Shown: piece after piece, positions 46,379 to 54,424 of the stretch
Numbering within the stretch: position 1 is the first letter of the stretch
How the letters are laid out: the number at the start of each line of letters is the position of its first letter
Origin: Candidatus Omnitrophota bacterium
GTDB lineage: Bacteria > Omnitrophota > Gorgyraeia > Zapsychrales > Zapsychraceae
Length of the DNA: 61,569 nt
NCBI GenBank assembly: GCA_003528115.1
Contig: DOGZ01000022.1
Span: forward strand, 24,397 to 85,965
Direction of reading: 5' to 3'
Notes under the pieces: model-generated
The model's database searches: none
The model's input: only the letters and a program-made list of their open reading frames with translations
Told to the model about the DNA's origin: nothing
Translations under genes and position numbers: made by a program

Positions 46379-46526
46379 AAATAACAGTTTAACGCCAGAA
46401 AATGTCATGGCTAATTCTGGTAAAAAGGCTTGGTGGCGTTGCTCCAAAGACCATGAATGGTTTGCCGTCATTGGAAGTAGAAATAAGGGTGCTGGATGTC
46501 CTCATTGCAACTGGAATAGGAACTGA
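46278..46526 (+). pseudogene. treble-clef zinc-ribbon (DUF4379-like) fragment with no plausible start codon
   Basis: NPKLAKEWHPFKNNSLTPENV..SGKKAWWRCSKDHEWFAVIGSRNKGAGCPHC read in the third frame, overlapping the end of the previous fragment. Confidence 0.45.
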
Positions 46527-46529
46527 TCA

Positions 46530-46967
46530 ATGTGTGATTTTGAAAAATACCTTAAGAGATGTCAATGGCTTGATTACGAAAAATCAAATAAAAAACGTTT
46601 GGGCTATGGAGCCGTGTTTCTGGCTATAGGGATAGTTTTGATTTGTATCGCAGTACATAAATTTCATATCATTGATAAAATGTTGAAGTATTATCTTGAG
46701 CTTTTATGGGTGGCTGGTTGGTCAAGTGCTGGAATTGGCGCAGGCTTGATTAATCGGCGAATAAAGGAGAAAGAAGAAACGCGAGATAAGCAGCATTGTC
46801 ATTTTATAATATATTATTTCATCTTTGCTTTTTTTGTTTCTGGCTTGGCGGGTTTTGCTTTGGGGAGATATGAAAATGGTGCATTAAATTTTTCTTTATC
46901 TGCATTAATAAGTTTAACGATTGGATTTTCCGCTAAAAAGCTTAATGAATTAGCTCCCATTAAATAA
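46530..46967 (+). CDS. hypothetical membrane protein
   Basis: 145-aa ORF with 4 hydrophobic segments, AT-rich. Confidence 0.45.
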   Translation: MCDFEKYLKRCQWLDYEKSNKKRLGYGAVFLAIGIVLICIAVHKFHIIDKMLKYYLELLWVAGWSSAGIGAGLINRRIKEKEETRDKQHCHFIIYYFIFAFFVSGLAGFALGRYENGALNFSLSALISLTIGFSAKKLNELAPIK

Positions 46968-47033
46968 AATGAAAGTGATAAAATCAAAAAATTGAACTTG
47001 TCGCAATGTCGTATTCATTCATCTGCCTATAAG

Positions 47034-47125
47034 CCGATGAACATCTAAAGGACGCAATTTTAAATGATTGATATTAACCAAGATAAAAAGAGGGTATTCA
47101 TTGAGACCTACGGCTGACAGATGGA
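47034..47125 (+). repeat. junction repeat copy A (degenerate), with a 17-codon MiaB-N-terminus-like micro-ORF
   Basis: Shares CCGATGAACA, AAAGGAC, AAATGATTGA and TTCATTGAGACCTACGGCTG with copy B. Micro-ORF 47064-47117: MIDINQDKKRVFIETYG, then stop. Confidence 0.6.
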
Positions 47126-47189
47126 TGCGTTATAGGATGACAATGGAGAGGATAGTGGAAGCTTTGGTAAAACTGCAAGGAGATTAAAC

Positions 47190-47984
47190 ATGGATATACG
47201 AAAAAGATTTACATCGGTCTCGATTTTATTGTTTATAATTTTCGCACTTTTTATTTCATCTGAAAGAGGATATCCTGAGGATGACGAGAGAAGTATCCCA
47301 TATTTTAAAGAAAGATTTTCATCAAATTATTGGCAGGTGAGATATTGTTTATTAGGCGTTTTAATCGGGAGAAACCAAAAGACTAAAGACCTCTTAGAGC
47401 AGCTTATTTTGGATAAGAATGAATCGGTTTCATCGCAAGCACTTGAACGTTATATGGGCAATTATGTTAATGTGAATAAAAAATTGGCCATAGATAATAT
47501 AGAAAAACTTCGACCAATTCCGGTAGGGATGAATTTTAAAAAAATACCAGATATTAGATCTGTTTCTTTTTATCTTACTATGCTTGACCAGGATATTAAT
47601 AATCCGAGCAATGGCAGGTATATAATGTTTGTTGGTTTGTTAGGTGGGCAAAAAGAAATAGAAGAAATTAAAAAGTATATGCAAAGCAGCAATGATTATA
47701 TTTTGCTAGAGACCGTGAAGGCGTTGATTAGATTAGGGGATAATCAAGATGCTTTGGTTATCATCAAAGAATTATTATTAAAAAATATAAAGGAGCATCT
47801 TTATTATCAAACAGAGACGCTATATATCTTGGCAGAATTAGATAGGGCAGCTTTCGAAAATGAATATCGGAAAATTAGAAAACTAATAGATGAGGATCTT
47901 AGCATTCAACCAAACTGGCTCAATGACCATTTTCTCCAAGGGTTAGAATTCAATATTTCGTCAGGACAAAAATCTTCGGAATAA
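47190..47984 (+). CDS. hypothetical exported/anchored protein with HEAT-like repeats
   Basis: N-terminal hydrophobic segment. Helical repeats (SNYWQVRYCLLGVL.., NDYILLETVKALIRLGD) resemble PBS-lyase HEAT-like repeats. Weak call. Confidence 0.5.
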   Translation: MDIRKRFTSVSILLFIIFALFISSERGYPEDDERSIPYFKERFSSNYWQVRYCLLGVLIGRNQKTKDLLEQLILDKNESVSSQALERYMGNYVNVNKKLAIDNIEKLRPIPVGMNFKKIPDIRSVSFYLTMLDQDINNPSNGRYIMFVGLLGGQKEIEEIKKYMQSSNDYILLETVKALIRLGDNQDALVIIKELLLKNIKEHLYYQTETLYILAELDRAAFENEYRKIRKLIDEDLSIQPNWLNDHFLQGLEFNISSGQKSSE

Positions 47985-48009
47985 AATCATAATCGTTCAT
48001 CGGTTTAAA

Positions 48010-48205
48010 CCGATGAACACCGAAAGGACAATTTCATAAATGATTGACATGAATAAACTTGAAAAACGTGTTTTCATCGAGACCTACGGCTGGGAGATGA
48101 ATAAATACGACAATCTATGATCTCCCTTATTTTTCCAACCTATAACGAAGAGAGCAATTTACCGGAGTTGTACAAGCGTCTTGGGGATGTGACCTCAAAG
48201 CTTCC
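48010..48205 (+). repeat. junction repeat copy B (82 bp identical to copy C at 48079-48160)
   Basis: Preceded by a perfect 9-bp hairpin at 47995-48018. Micro-ORF 48040-48120: MIDMNKLEKRVFIETYGWEMNKYDNL, followed by a copy of the GT2 5' end. Confidence 0.85.
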
Positions 48206-48278
48206 CATCGGCATCTATGGCTGTCCGTTGGTGCAAGTACCGTACGACAATTTTGGGGATTTTGAAGATGTTAAATGA
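48117..48278 (+). pseudogene. duplicated 5' fragment of the GT2 gene at 51529
   Basis: MISLIFPTYNEESNL.ELYKRL is shared with the product of 51529. It diverges afterwards and stops after 53 codons. Confidence 0.7.
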
Positions 48279-48352
48279 ACTGGAGCAAAGGGATAGAGAA
48301 AAAATATAAAAGGACGCTCCTCTTTTAATAACAGCAAGGAGATTGATTAAAA

Positions 48353-49372
48353 ATGCGGATTAGTAAAACTGAAATATTGGATCGCTACCATGCATGTCGG
48401 CAAAAGCTTGGTAAAGCTCCGGGGAGCACTATTTTTTGTAAAACTGCAGGGGTCAAGTTGGCAGACATTTTTTATTATTGGCCACGCTTTACCGATCTTG
48501 TTAAAGAAGCTGGTGAAATCTCTCCGGGATGGAATAGCAAAATTCCAAATGAGGAACTCTATGAGGAATATGCAAAAGTATGTCTTCACTTGGGGAAGAT
48601 TCCCACCATCTTAGAGTTGCGGATTGCAACTCGCCAACTTAAAACCCGAACCCATAGAGTTAGAAATCGTTATGGTACTATCGCCGAATTCGATCAATCA
48701 TTTCGTAAGTGGCTTGAAAAGCAATCAGGTGATATCCGCAAAATTTTGGATTTTCCTGGTTGGGATCGTAAAAACAGGCCATCGAAACCAGATGAAGAAC
48801 TCCAATCTATTCCTTCACCCAGTTACTCATTTCATCCATATCTTCCGGCCTGCCTGCAGTATTTGAATGTGCTTGCCAGAGGTGATGTCCCACAAAATGA
48901 AAACCAAAGTCAATCCGCTGCCATTCTTTTTGAACGCCGATGTGCAGATGCATTCCAGTGTCTCGGTTTTGAAATTGAAAATTTTGGGCAAGGCAAAGGA
49001 CGTGTTAGTGATTTTGTTGCCTTAGCTCGCCGTGAACGGTTTGCCGTTATTGTCGATGCAAAAAGTCGAAGCGAGGGATATATCCTTGGCACTGAAGATC
49101 GGAAATTTCTCGAATACGCAGTTAAACACGGCCGAGAGCTTCAATCAAAGGGATTTGAGAAAATTTATCTTGTTATTGTAGCGGCTTCTTTCAGAGAAAA
49201 GGACTTGGATCAGTTGACGGTTTATCTAACGGATTCTCCTATCCGAAGTGCTGACTTGATTACCGCCAGCGCACTAATTCGTATTGTTGAAGATAGCATT
49301 CGTGAGCGTCATTCATTTAATCTAAGTAAGCTTGACGAACTTTTTTTCGGCAATAAAATTATTTCCAAGTAG
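48353..49372 (+). CDS. two homing-endonuclease-associated (HEAR-like) repeats fused to a PD-(D/E)xK restriction-endonuclease-like domain
   Basis: Repeats: ILDRYHACRQKLGKAPGS..FYYWPRFTDLVKEAG and LYEEYAKVCLHLGKIPT..RNRYGTIAEFDQSFRKWL. Nuclease core: SDFVALAR..FAVIVDAKSR. Confidence 0.65.
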   Translation: MRISKTEILDRYHACRQKLGKAPGSTIFCKTAGVKLADIFYYWPRFTDLVKEAGEISPGWNSKIPNEELYEEYAKVCLHLGKIPTILELRIATRQLKTRTHRVRNRYGTIAEFDQSFRKWLEKQSGDIRKILDFPGWDRKNRPSKPDEELQSIPSPSYSFHPYLPACLQYLNVLARGDVPQNENQSQSAAILFERRCADAFQCLGFEIENFGQGKGRVSDFVALARRERFAVIVDAKSRSEGYILGTEDRKFLEYAVKHGRELQSKGFEKIYLVIVAASFREKDLDQLTVYLTDSPIRSADLITASALIRIVEDSIRERHSFNLSKLDELFFGNKIISK

Positions 49373-49436
49373 AGACGATGAACGTATACGACATTTCGGG
49401 GATTTTAAAGATGCTATCCGATTGTGAGGACAAGAG

Positions 49437-50498
49437 TTGAAAACATTTCAGCAGTTTGAGAAGGCAATAGAAAATATTCCGACAACCACCTCCTGGTATC
49501 TGGCGGATTTGGGAGAGGCACGGGGGAAGCAGGAGCTTTTTACCAAACAGTCACCGCAGAAGCTAAAGGTATTGCGCGAACATGCTCTAATTGAAAGCGC
49601 TGTTTCCTCAAACCGAATCGAGGGCGTGACTGTTAATCAAAAAAGAGTGGGCACGATTGTTTTTGGGAAAAGACATCTCAAAGATCGAAACGAAGAAGAA
49701 GTACGCTGTTACCGAACGGCACTTGATTGGATTCATCGTGAAGGGGCAAAAATTCCGATCTCTGAAAAAACAATTCTGAAGCTTCACCAAATGAGCCGAG
49801 GCGAAATTTGGGATGCTGGCAAATATAAAGAAAAGAACGTGGATATTATTGAGAAACTGCCCGGCGGAAGAGAACGAGTGCGATTTAAGACGGTTGAACC
49901 GTCAAAGACATCTGCTTTTATGAAGACGCTTATCGAATCTTGGCAAGACACTTTGAAAGAAAAGAGTGTCCACCCTCTGATTGCCCTTGCTGCGTTCAAT
50001 TTAGATTTTCTTTGCATTCATCCTTTTCGCGATGGCAACGGCCGTGTTTCAAGAGTGATCCTTCTGCTTCAATGTTATTTTCTCGGTTATGAAGTCGGCC
50101 GTTACATCAGCCTGGAACGGTTAATCGAACAAAACAAGGAACGTTATTACGAAACCTTGGAGCAAAGTTCTCAGGCTTGGCATGAAGGCAAGCACGACCC
50201 GTGGCCCTATATTAATTACCTCTTATATATTTTAAAGATAGCCTATCAAGAATTTGAAAGCCGTGTGGGACAGATGAAAAGTCCACGCGGCGCGAAAACA
50301 GAGTTGATCGAAACAGCTATTGCTTCCTTCGAGAAAGAATTTGCCATTTCTGATCTCGAAAAAGCCTGTCCGGGAGTAAGCCGGGATATGATTCGACTAG
50401 TCCTTCGCAATCTTCAAAAGTCGAAGAAAGTCGAATGTATAGGCCGCGGCCCAGGAGCTCTGTGGAAGAAAAAGGGTAATATCTCTAAAAGAGGGTAA
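49437..50498 (+). CDS. Fic-family protein (AMPylase-type) with an N-terminal inhibitory-helix motif and a C-terminal wHTH
   Basis: Fic motif HPFRDGNGRVSR. SNRIEG matches the (S/T)xxxE(G/N) inhibitory motif. TTG start at 49437. Confidence 0.88.
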   Translation: MKTFQQFEKAIENIPTTTSWYLADLGEARGKQELFTKQSPQKLKVLREHALIESAVSSNRIEGVTVNQKRVGTIVFGKRHLKDRNEEEVRCYRTALDWIHREGAKIPISEKTILKLHQMSRGEIWDAGKYKEKNVDIIEKLPGGRERVRFKTVEPSKTSAFMKTLIESWQDTLKEKSVHPLIALAAFNLDFLCIHPFRDGNGRVSRVILLLQCYFLGYEVGRYISLERLIEQNKERYYETLEQSSQAWHEGKHDPWPYINYLLYILKIAYQEFESRVGQMKSPRGAKTELIETAIASFEKEFAISDLEKACPGVSRDMIRLVLRNLQKSKKVECIGRGPGALWKKKGNISKRG

Positions 50499-50549
50499 TA
50501 ATAAGGGTAAGTTCAAAATTTGAAATTATAACCCCTGGGAAAGCATTTA

Positions 50550-51449
50550 ATGTCTACTAACTTTAGGTCAGTAAAAATTATATTCATGTTCGTGTTTGGC
50601 CTATTCATTGTTTGTGATTTGGTGATTATATTTGAAGCGATGATCGGTGATTTTTTGTGGCATTTATTCTCAGGTGACTTTATAAGCAGTTTCGACTTTT
50701 TAGGGTCATTTATCCAGTTACTCATTCCCACCATTATTATTTTCCTTTGTTGGTTGGTTTTAAATCGCCCATCGTTTCTAGGTTCATCTGAAGGAATGGA
50801 ACTGTTTAAGAAAGAACTGGGCTTTAATTTTTTGGCATTTCCAGAAGACTATTTCTACAGGGAAAGAAATATTTTGGAAAGACGTAAATGTAGGTACTTG
50901 ATTTTCTTTCGGGGGCAGTTTGTAGTAGAAAAACTGGGTAATAAATTTATAAGTCTTTGTAGTATATTCACGGATCAAATTTTAAGCATAGGGAATATAG
51001 ATATTTTTTTGTACAAATCTGCTTGGATTAGCCTGTTTGCGATCATGATCATAGACTCAATTTCTAATACTGCAATTACAACGCCAATTTTTAGTATTGG
51101 GACAGGATCCTTGATTTACGAAATGTGTCTGGTTGCTTTAATTTTGATATTGTCAGCATACCTAAGTCATATGGTGTGGAGAAAATATATCGTTGATCAC
51201 TCCCGCTTTGATTCGGGGACGATATTCCGCAGGCGATTTCTATCTTTGCAACTGTCCGCTCATCATCCGGATTGCATTTTTATCTGTCCGATTGAAAGGT
51301 TCAGTGAATTTGATCAAAAAAGAGCCGAGCATTTGTGTGAATCATTCATTAAAAATTCAAATAGCATTTATAACGGGAAGGTGATTAACTTGGATTACTT
51401 AAAAGAATGGGCGGCTAATGAAAACATAGGAGTCAATGAACGCAGATGA
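50550..51449 (+). CDS. hypothetical polytopic membrane protein
   Basis: 299-aa AT-rich ORF with at least 5 hydrophobic segments. No motif recognised. Confidence 0.5.
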   Translation: MSTNFRSVKIIFMFVFGLFIVCDLVIIFEAMIGDFLWHLFSGDFISSFDFLGSFIQLLIPTIIIFLCWLVLNRPSFLGSSEGMELFKKELGFNFLAFPEDYFYRERNILERRKCRYLIFFRGQFVVEKLGNKFISLCSIFTDQILSIGNIDIFLYKSAWISLFAIMIIDSISNTAITTPIFSIGTGSLIYEMCLVALILILSAYLSHMVWRKYIVDHSRFDSGTIFRRRFLSLQLSAHHPDCIFICPIERFSEFDQKRAEHLCESFIKNSNSIYNGKVINLDYLKEWAANENIGVNERR

Positions 51450-51473
51450 CGACTGAGCGAGAAACAATGTCAA

Positions 51474-51617
51474 GGAAACGTGTGTGGATAGAGACCTACG
51501 GCTGGGAGATGAATAAATACGACAATCTATGATCTCCCTTATTTTTCCAACCTATAACGAAGAGAGCAATTTGGCGGAGTTGTACAAGCGTCTCAGGGAG
51601 ACGACCTCAAGGCTCAC
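51474..51617 (+). repeat. junction repeat copy C (native junction with the intact GT2 gene)
   Basis: 51491-51572 is identical to 48079-48160. Micro-ORF 51467-51532: MSRKRVWIETYGWEMNKYDNL, whose stop overlaps the GT2 ATG (ATGA). Confidence 0.85.
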
Positions 51618-52446
51618 GGCGCATACGTTTGAGTTTATCTTTGTGGATGATGCCTCAACGGATCAGACGCCGGAGATCCTTAAAGTCCTCCATCAAAAGG
51701 ATGAACGGGTCAAAATGATCCGCTTTGCGCGCAACTGCGGCAGTCACGCGGCGTTGTCGGCGGGCTTGCATCATTGCAAGGGGGAGTCTGCCATTGTCCT
51801 GGCCGCGGATTTACAGGATCCGCCGGAGTTGATCGGCCGCCTGCTGGAGGCGTGGCAACAGGGGGCGAAGATCGTCTGGGGCGCGCGGTCCAAACGGGAA
51901 GGCGAGACGGCTTCGACGACGTTCTTATCGAAGACGTATTACCGGACCATGAACTGGCTGACCTCTGTCAAGATGCCGCCTTCGGGCGCGGATGTCTTTT
52001 TGGCCGATCGGAGTGTTATCGAGGCCTTTAAGCAGGTCACGGAGAAACACACGTCGATCTTTATGACTCTGGCGTGGTTGGGATTCAGGCAAACGACGAT
52101 TTATTATGTCAAGCAGGCCAGATTTTCCGGCCGCTCCAAATGGACCGTGAGAAAAAAGATCAAACTCACCATTGATTCGCTCTTGGCCTTTAGTGACGTC
52201 TTTGTCCGATATATGAGTTTTTTAGGATTTTTCACCGCCGTTCTCGGGTTTATTTATGCCGCCCATGTTTTGTGGACATTTATCCATGGTTCACCGGTGG
52301 AAGGCTGGTCGTCGTTGATGGTGGCCATCCTGGTTATCGGCGGCGTTCAGATGATGATGTGCGGGGTCCTGGGAGAATACCTCTGGCGGACCTTCGATGA
52401 GTCCCGTCGCCGTCCGCGGTATATTATTGAATACAAGATTGAGTAG
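51529..52446 (+). CDS. polyprenyl-phosphate glycosyltransferase, GT2 (ArnC/GtrB/DPM1-like) with C-terminal TM helices
   Basis: MISLIFPTYNEE.N, FVDDASTDQT, AADLQDPPE motifs. Two C-terminal TM segments. Confidence 0.88.
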   Translation: MISLIFPTYNEESNLAELYKRLRETTSRLTAHTFEFIFVDDASTDQTPEILKVLHQKDERVKMIRFARNCGSHAALSAGLHHCKGESAIVLAADLQDPPELIGRLLEAWQQGAKIVWGARSKREGETASTTFLSKTYYRTMNWLTSVKMPPSGADVFLADRSVIEAFKQVTEKHTSIFMTLAWLGFRQTTIYYVKQARFSGRSKWTVRKKIKLTIDSLLAFSDVFVRYMSFLGFFTAVLGFIYAAHVLWTFIHGSPVEGWSSLMVAILVIGGVQMMMCGVLGEYLWRTFDESRRRPRYIIEYKIE

Positions 52447-52472
52447 GCAATGACAGAAATGATTACCTCACC

Positions 52473-53645
52473 ATGCCCTGGTTTCGCGCGCGATTAATTA
52501 AAGGCGAGTGTTTTCCGCCGGACGTTCCCTGGCCATCGGGTATCGAGGCCTATGTTCCCCTTCATGAAGATCTTCTGAAGACCGTGGCCCCCCCAACAAA
52601 CGAAATTCAGATCTATTACAAAAGACAGAACTCAAGCGATCTTTTCCCGCTCGTCTGGATTCGGGACGGGAAGCAGGAGGCGGGTCTGGATCTAACATCG
52701 TGGATTCGGTCTCTCCAGGAAGAGACGTATCGTCCTGAGCACACAAGGCCGTTGACGGCGCGGCTGCCGTTTCACTATCACCGGATTCCGGGATGGGCCA
52801 GGAACAGTCTGGCGGCGTTCCTGGTTCAATGGAATTCGTCGGGTTTGAAAAAAAGACCGGTGTTTCCGGTCAGCCTTTTTAATGGAGGATGTGAAATCCT
52901 CCTCGGTGTGTGCCGGAGCGCGTGGAACGGCGGACTGCGCCTTCCGACTCTCGTGCTGACGCATGATATCGACACGTTTTTGGGATTTGAGTGGGTTGAA
53001 CCCATGGCCGAGATCGAGGAGGTTTTGGGTTTGCGGTCCTCCTGGAACGTCGTTCCGCGTCATTACCCGATGGACGAAGGCCGTCTGTGTCGGTTGATGG
53101 AACGTGGACATGAAATCGGGTTGCACGGGATACGGCATGATAACAAAGAGGCTTTTTTAAGTGAACAGGTTTTGCGCGGGGAGTTTCATCAGCTTAAAGG
53201 TTTCATGGAGAAGTTTGGCATAAAAGGGTACCGCTCTCCGTCATGGTACAGGACAAAAACGATGTTCAAGGTGCTGGGGGAGTTTTTCAGGTATGATTTG
53301 AGTTGTCCGGACAATGACCTGATCTGTCCGGCCGGTCACGGCGGAGTAGGGTTTGTGCGGCCGTTTCGCCGGGATAATGGACTGATGGAATTGCCGTGCA
53401 CCTTGCCTTTTGAGGTGCCGTTATTTTCATCCGTGAAGCCCGGTGATCTGGTCGATTATTGGCGGGAGAAGATTGATTTTGTCCATGCCTGTCAAGGGAT
53501 GCTTCTTGTGAATACGCATCCGGACCCCAACTATTCGGGCAACAAAGACATGGCGCGGGCGTATGAGCAGTTATTAAAATATATTCTCAAGAGGGAATGG
53601 ACGCGGATGTTGCCCAGAGAAGTGAGTGAGAATTTCAAACGATGA
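52473..53645 (+). CDS. polysaccharide deacetylase-type (CE4, ArnD-like) enzyme
   Basis: LTHDIDT and GLHGIRHD metal/catalytic motif contexts. Confidence 0.7.
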   Translation: MPWFRARLIKGECFPPDVPWPSGIEAYVPLHEDLLKTVAPPTNEIQIYYKRQNSSDLFPLVWIRDGKQEAGLDLTSWIRSLQEETYRPEHTRPLTARLPFHYHRIPGWARNSLAAFLVQWNSSGLKKRPVFPVSLFNGGCEILLGVCRSAWNGGLRLPTLVLTHDIDTFLGFEWVEPMAEIEEVLGLRSSWNVVPRHYPMDEGRLCRLMERGHEIGLHGIRHDNKEAFLSEQVLRGEFHQLKGFMEKFGIKGYRSPSWYRTKTMFKVLGEFFRYDLSCPDNDLICPAGHGGVGFVRPFRRDNGLMELPCTLPFEVPLFSSVKPGDLVDYWREKIDFVHACQGMLLVNTHPDPNYSGNKDMARAYEQLLKYILKREWTRMLPREVSENFKR

Positions 53646-54409
53646 ATCCAGGGTTATATGCTCAGTTGGCGCGGATTGAAGACCGGCACTGGTGGCATGT
53701 CTCCCGGCGAAAACAGGTGGAGGATGTTCTTTCGCGTCTCCTTCCCGGTAAGACGTCCTGGGGGTTAGACATCGGCTGCGGCACCGGGGGCAACAGAAAT
53801 GTTTTAGCGAAATATTGCGTTAAGGCCGTGGGTTTGGACAATTCCTCTGACGCCCTGAAATGGGCTACTCATCAATGGTCCAGGTCTGAGTTAATCCGCG
53901 GGGACGCGAATCATCTGGACAAATTATTTTTGCCGGAGACATTTGGGCTTGTGACGGTCTTTCATGTCCTTTATCATCAATGGATTCGCGATGAGGGAGA
54001 CATCCTGAAACAGGCATTTCGTGTCCTTAAACCCGGCGGTTATCTGGTGATCACAGAACCGGCTTTCCCCTGTTTGACGCGACGGCATGACCTTCAGGAT
54101 ATGGGAAAGACCAGATACCGGTTGGGAAGTTTTCAGCGGATGCTCCGCGAGGCGGGTTTTGAAATTATCATGGGAACATACGTGAGCGCCGTGAGTTTTT
54201 TGCCTGCGTTTGTGATTAAATGGGTTGAGCGCTTGGGGAAAATCAACGATTCCGGCGCTGATGACCTTGTCGAAGAGTTGGAACTTCCGCCGGACTGGGT
54301 CAATCAATTGTTATTGGGTATTATGGGGATTGAGAGAAAGATCATCTGTTGGACCGGTTATATCCCCGTTGGGACTTCGTTATTATGCGTGGCCAGGAGG
54401 CCGGAATAA
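53642..54409 (+). CDS. class I SAM-dependent methyltransferase
   Basis: Motif I GLDIGCGTGGN and post-I GLDNS. 4-nt overlap with the previous gene. Confidence 0.85.
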   Translation: MNPGLYAQLARIEDRHWWHVSRRKQVEDVLSRLLPGKTSWGLDIGCGTGGNRNVLAKYCVKAVGLDNSSDALKWATHQWSRSELIRGDANHLDKLFLPETFGLVTVFHVLYHQWIRDEGDILKQAFRVLKPGGYLVITEPAFPCLTRRHDLQDMGKTRYRLGSFQRMLREAGFEIIMGTYVSAVSFLPAFVIKWVERLGKINDSGADDLVEELELPPDWVNQLLLGIMGIERKIICWTGYIPVGTSLLCVARRPE

Positions 54410-54424
54410 ATTCGGACAATCCGT

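Larger units (their letters stand above)
45414..51528. mobile_element. AT-rich accessory island (no integrase/transposase seen) interrupting a glycan-modification cluster
   Basis: Abrupt drop in G+C by hand counts of single 60-nt lines: 16/60 at 47521 and 20/60 at 50581, versus 32/60 at 43001. Contains gene remnants and direct repeats of the right-hand junction. Confidence 0.55.

Noticed and set aside
47995-51617. Integron-like interpretation of the hairpin-plus-cassette arrangement
   Set aside because: No intI-type integrase, no attC-like R'/R'' core sites (GTTRRRY), and the repeats are direct copies of a gene junction rather than imperfect palindromic attC sites.
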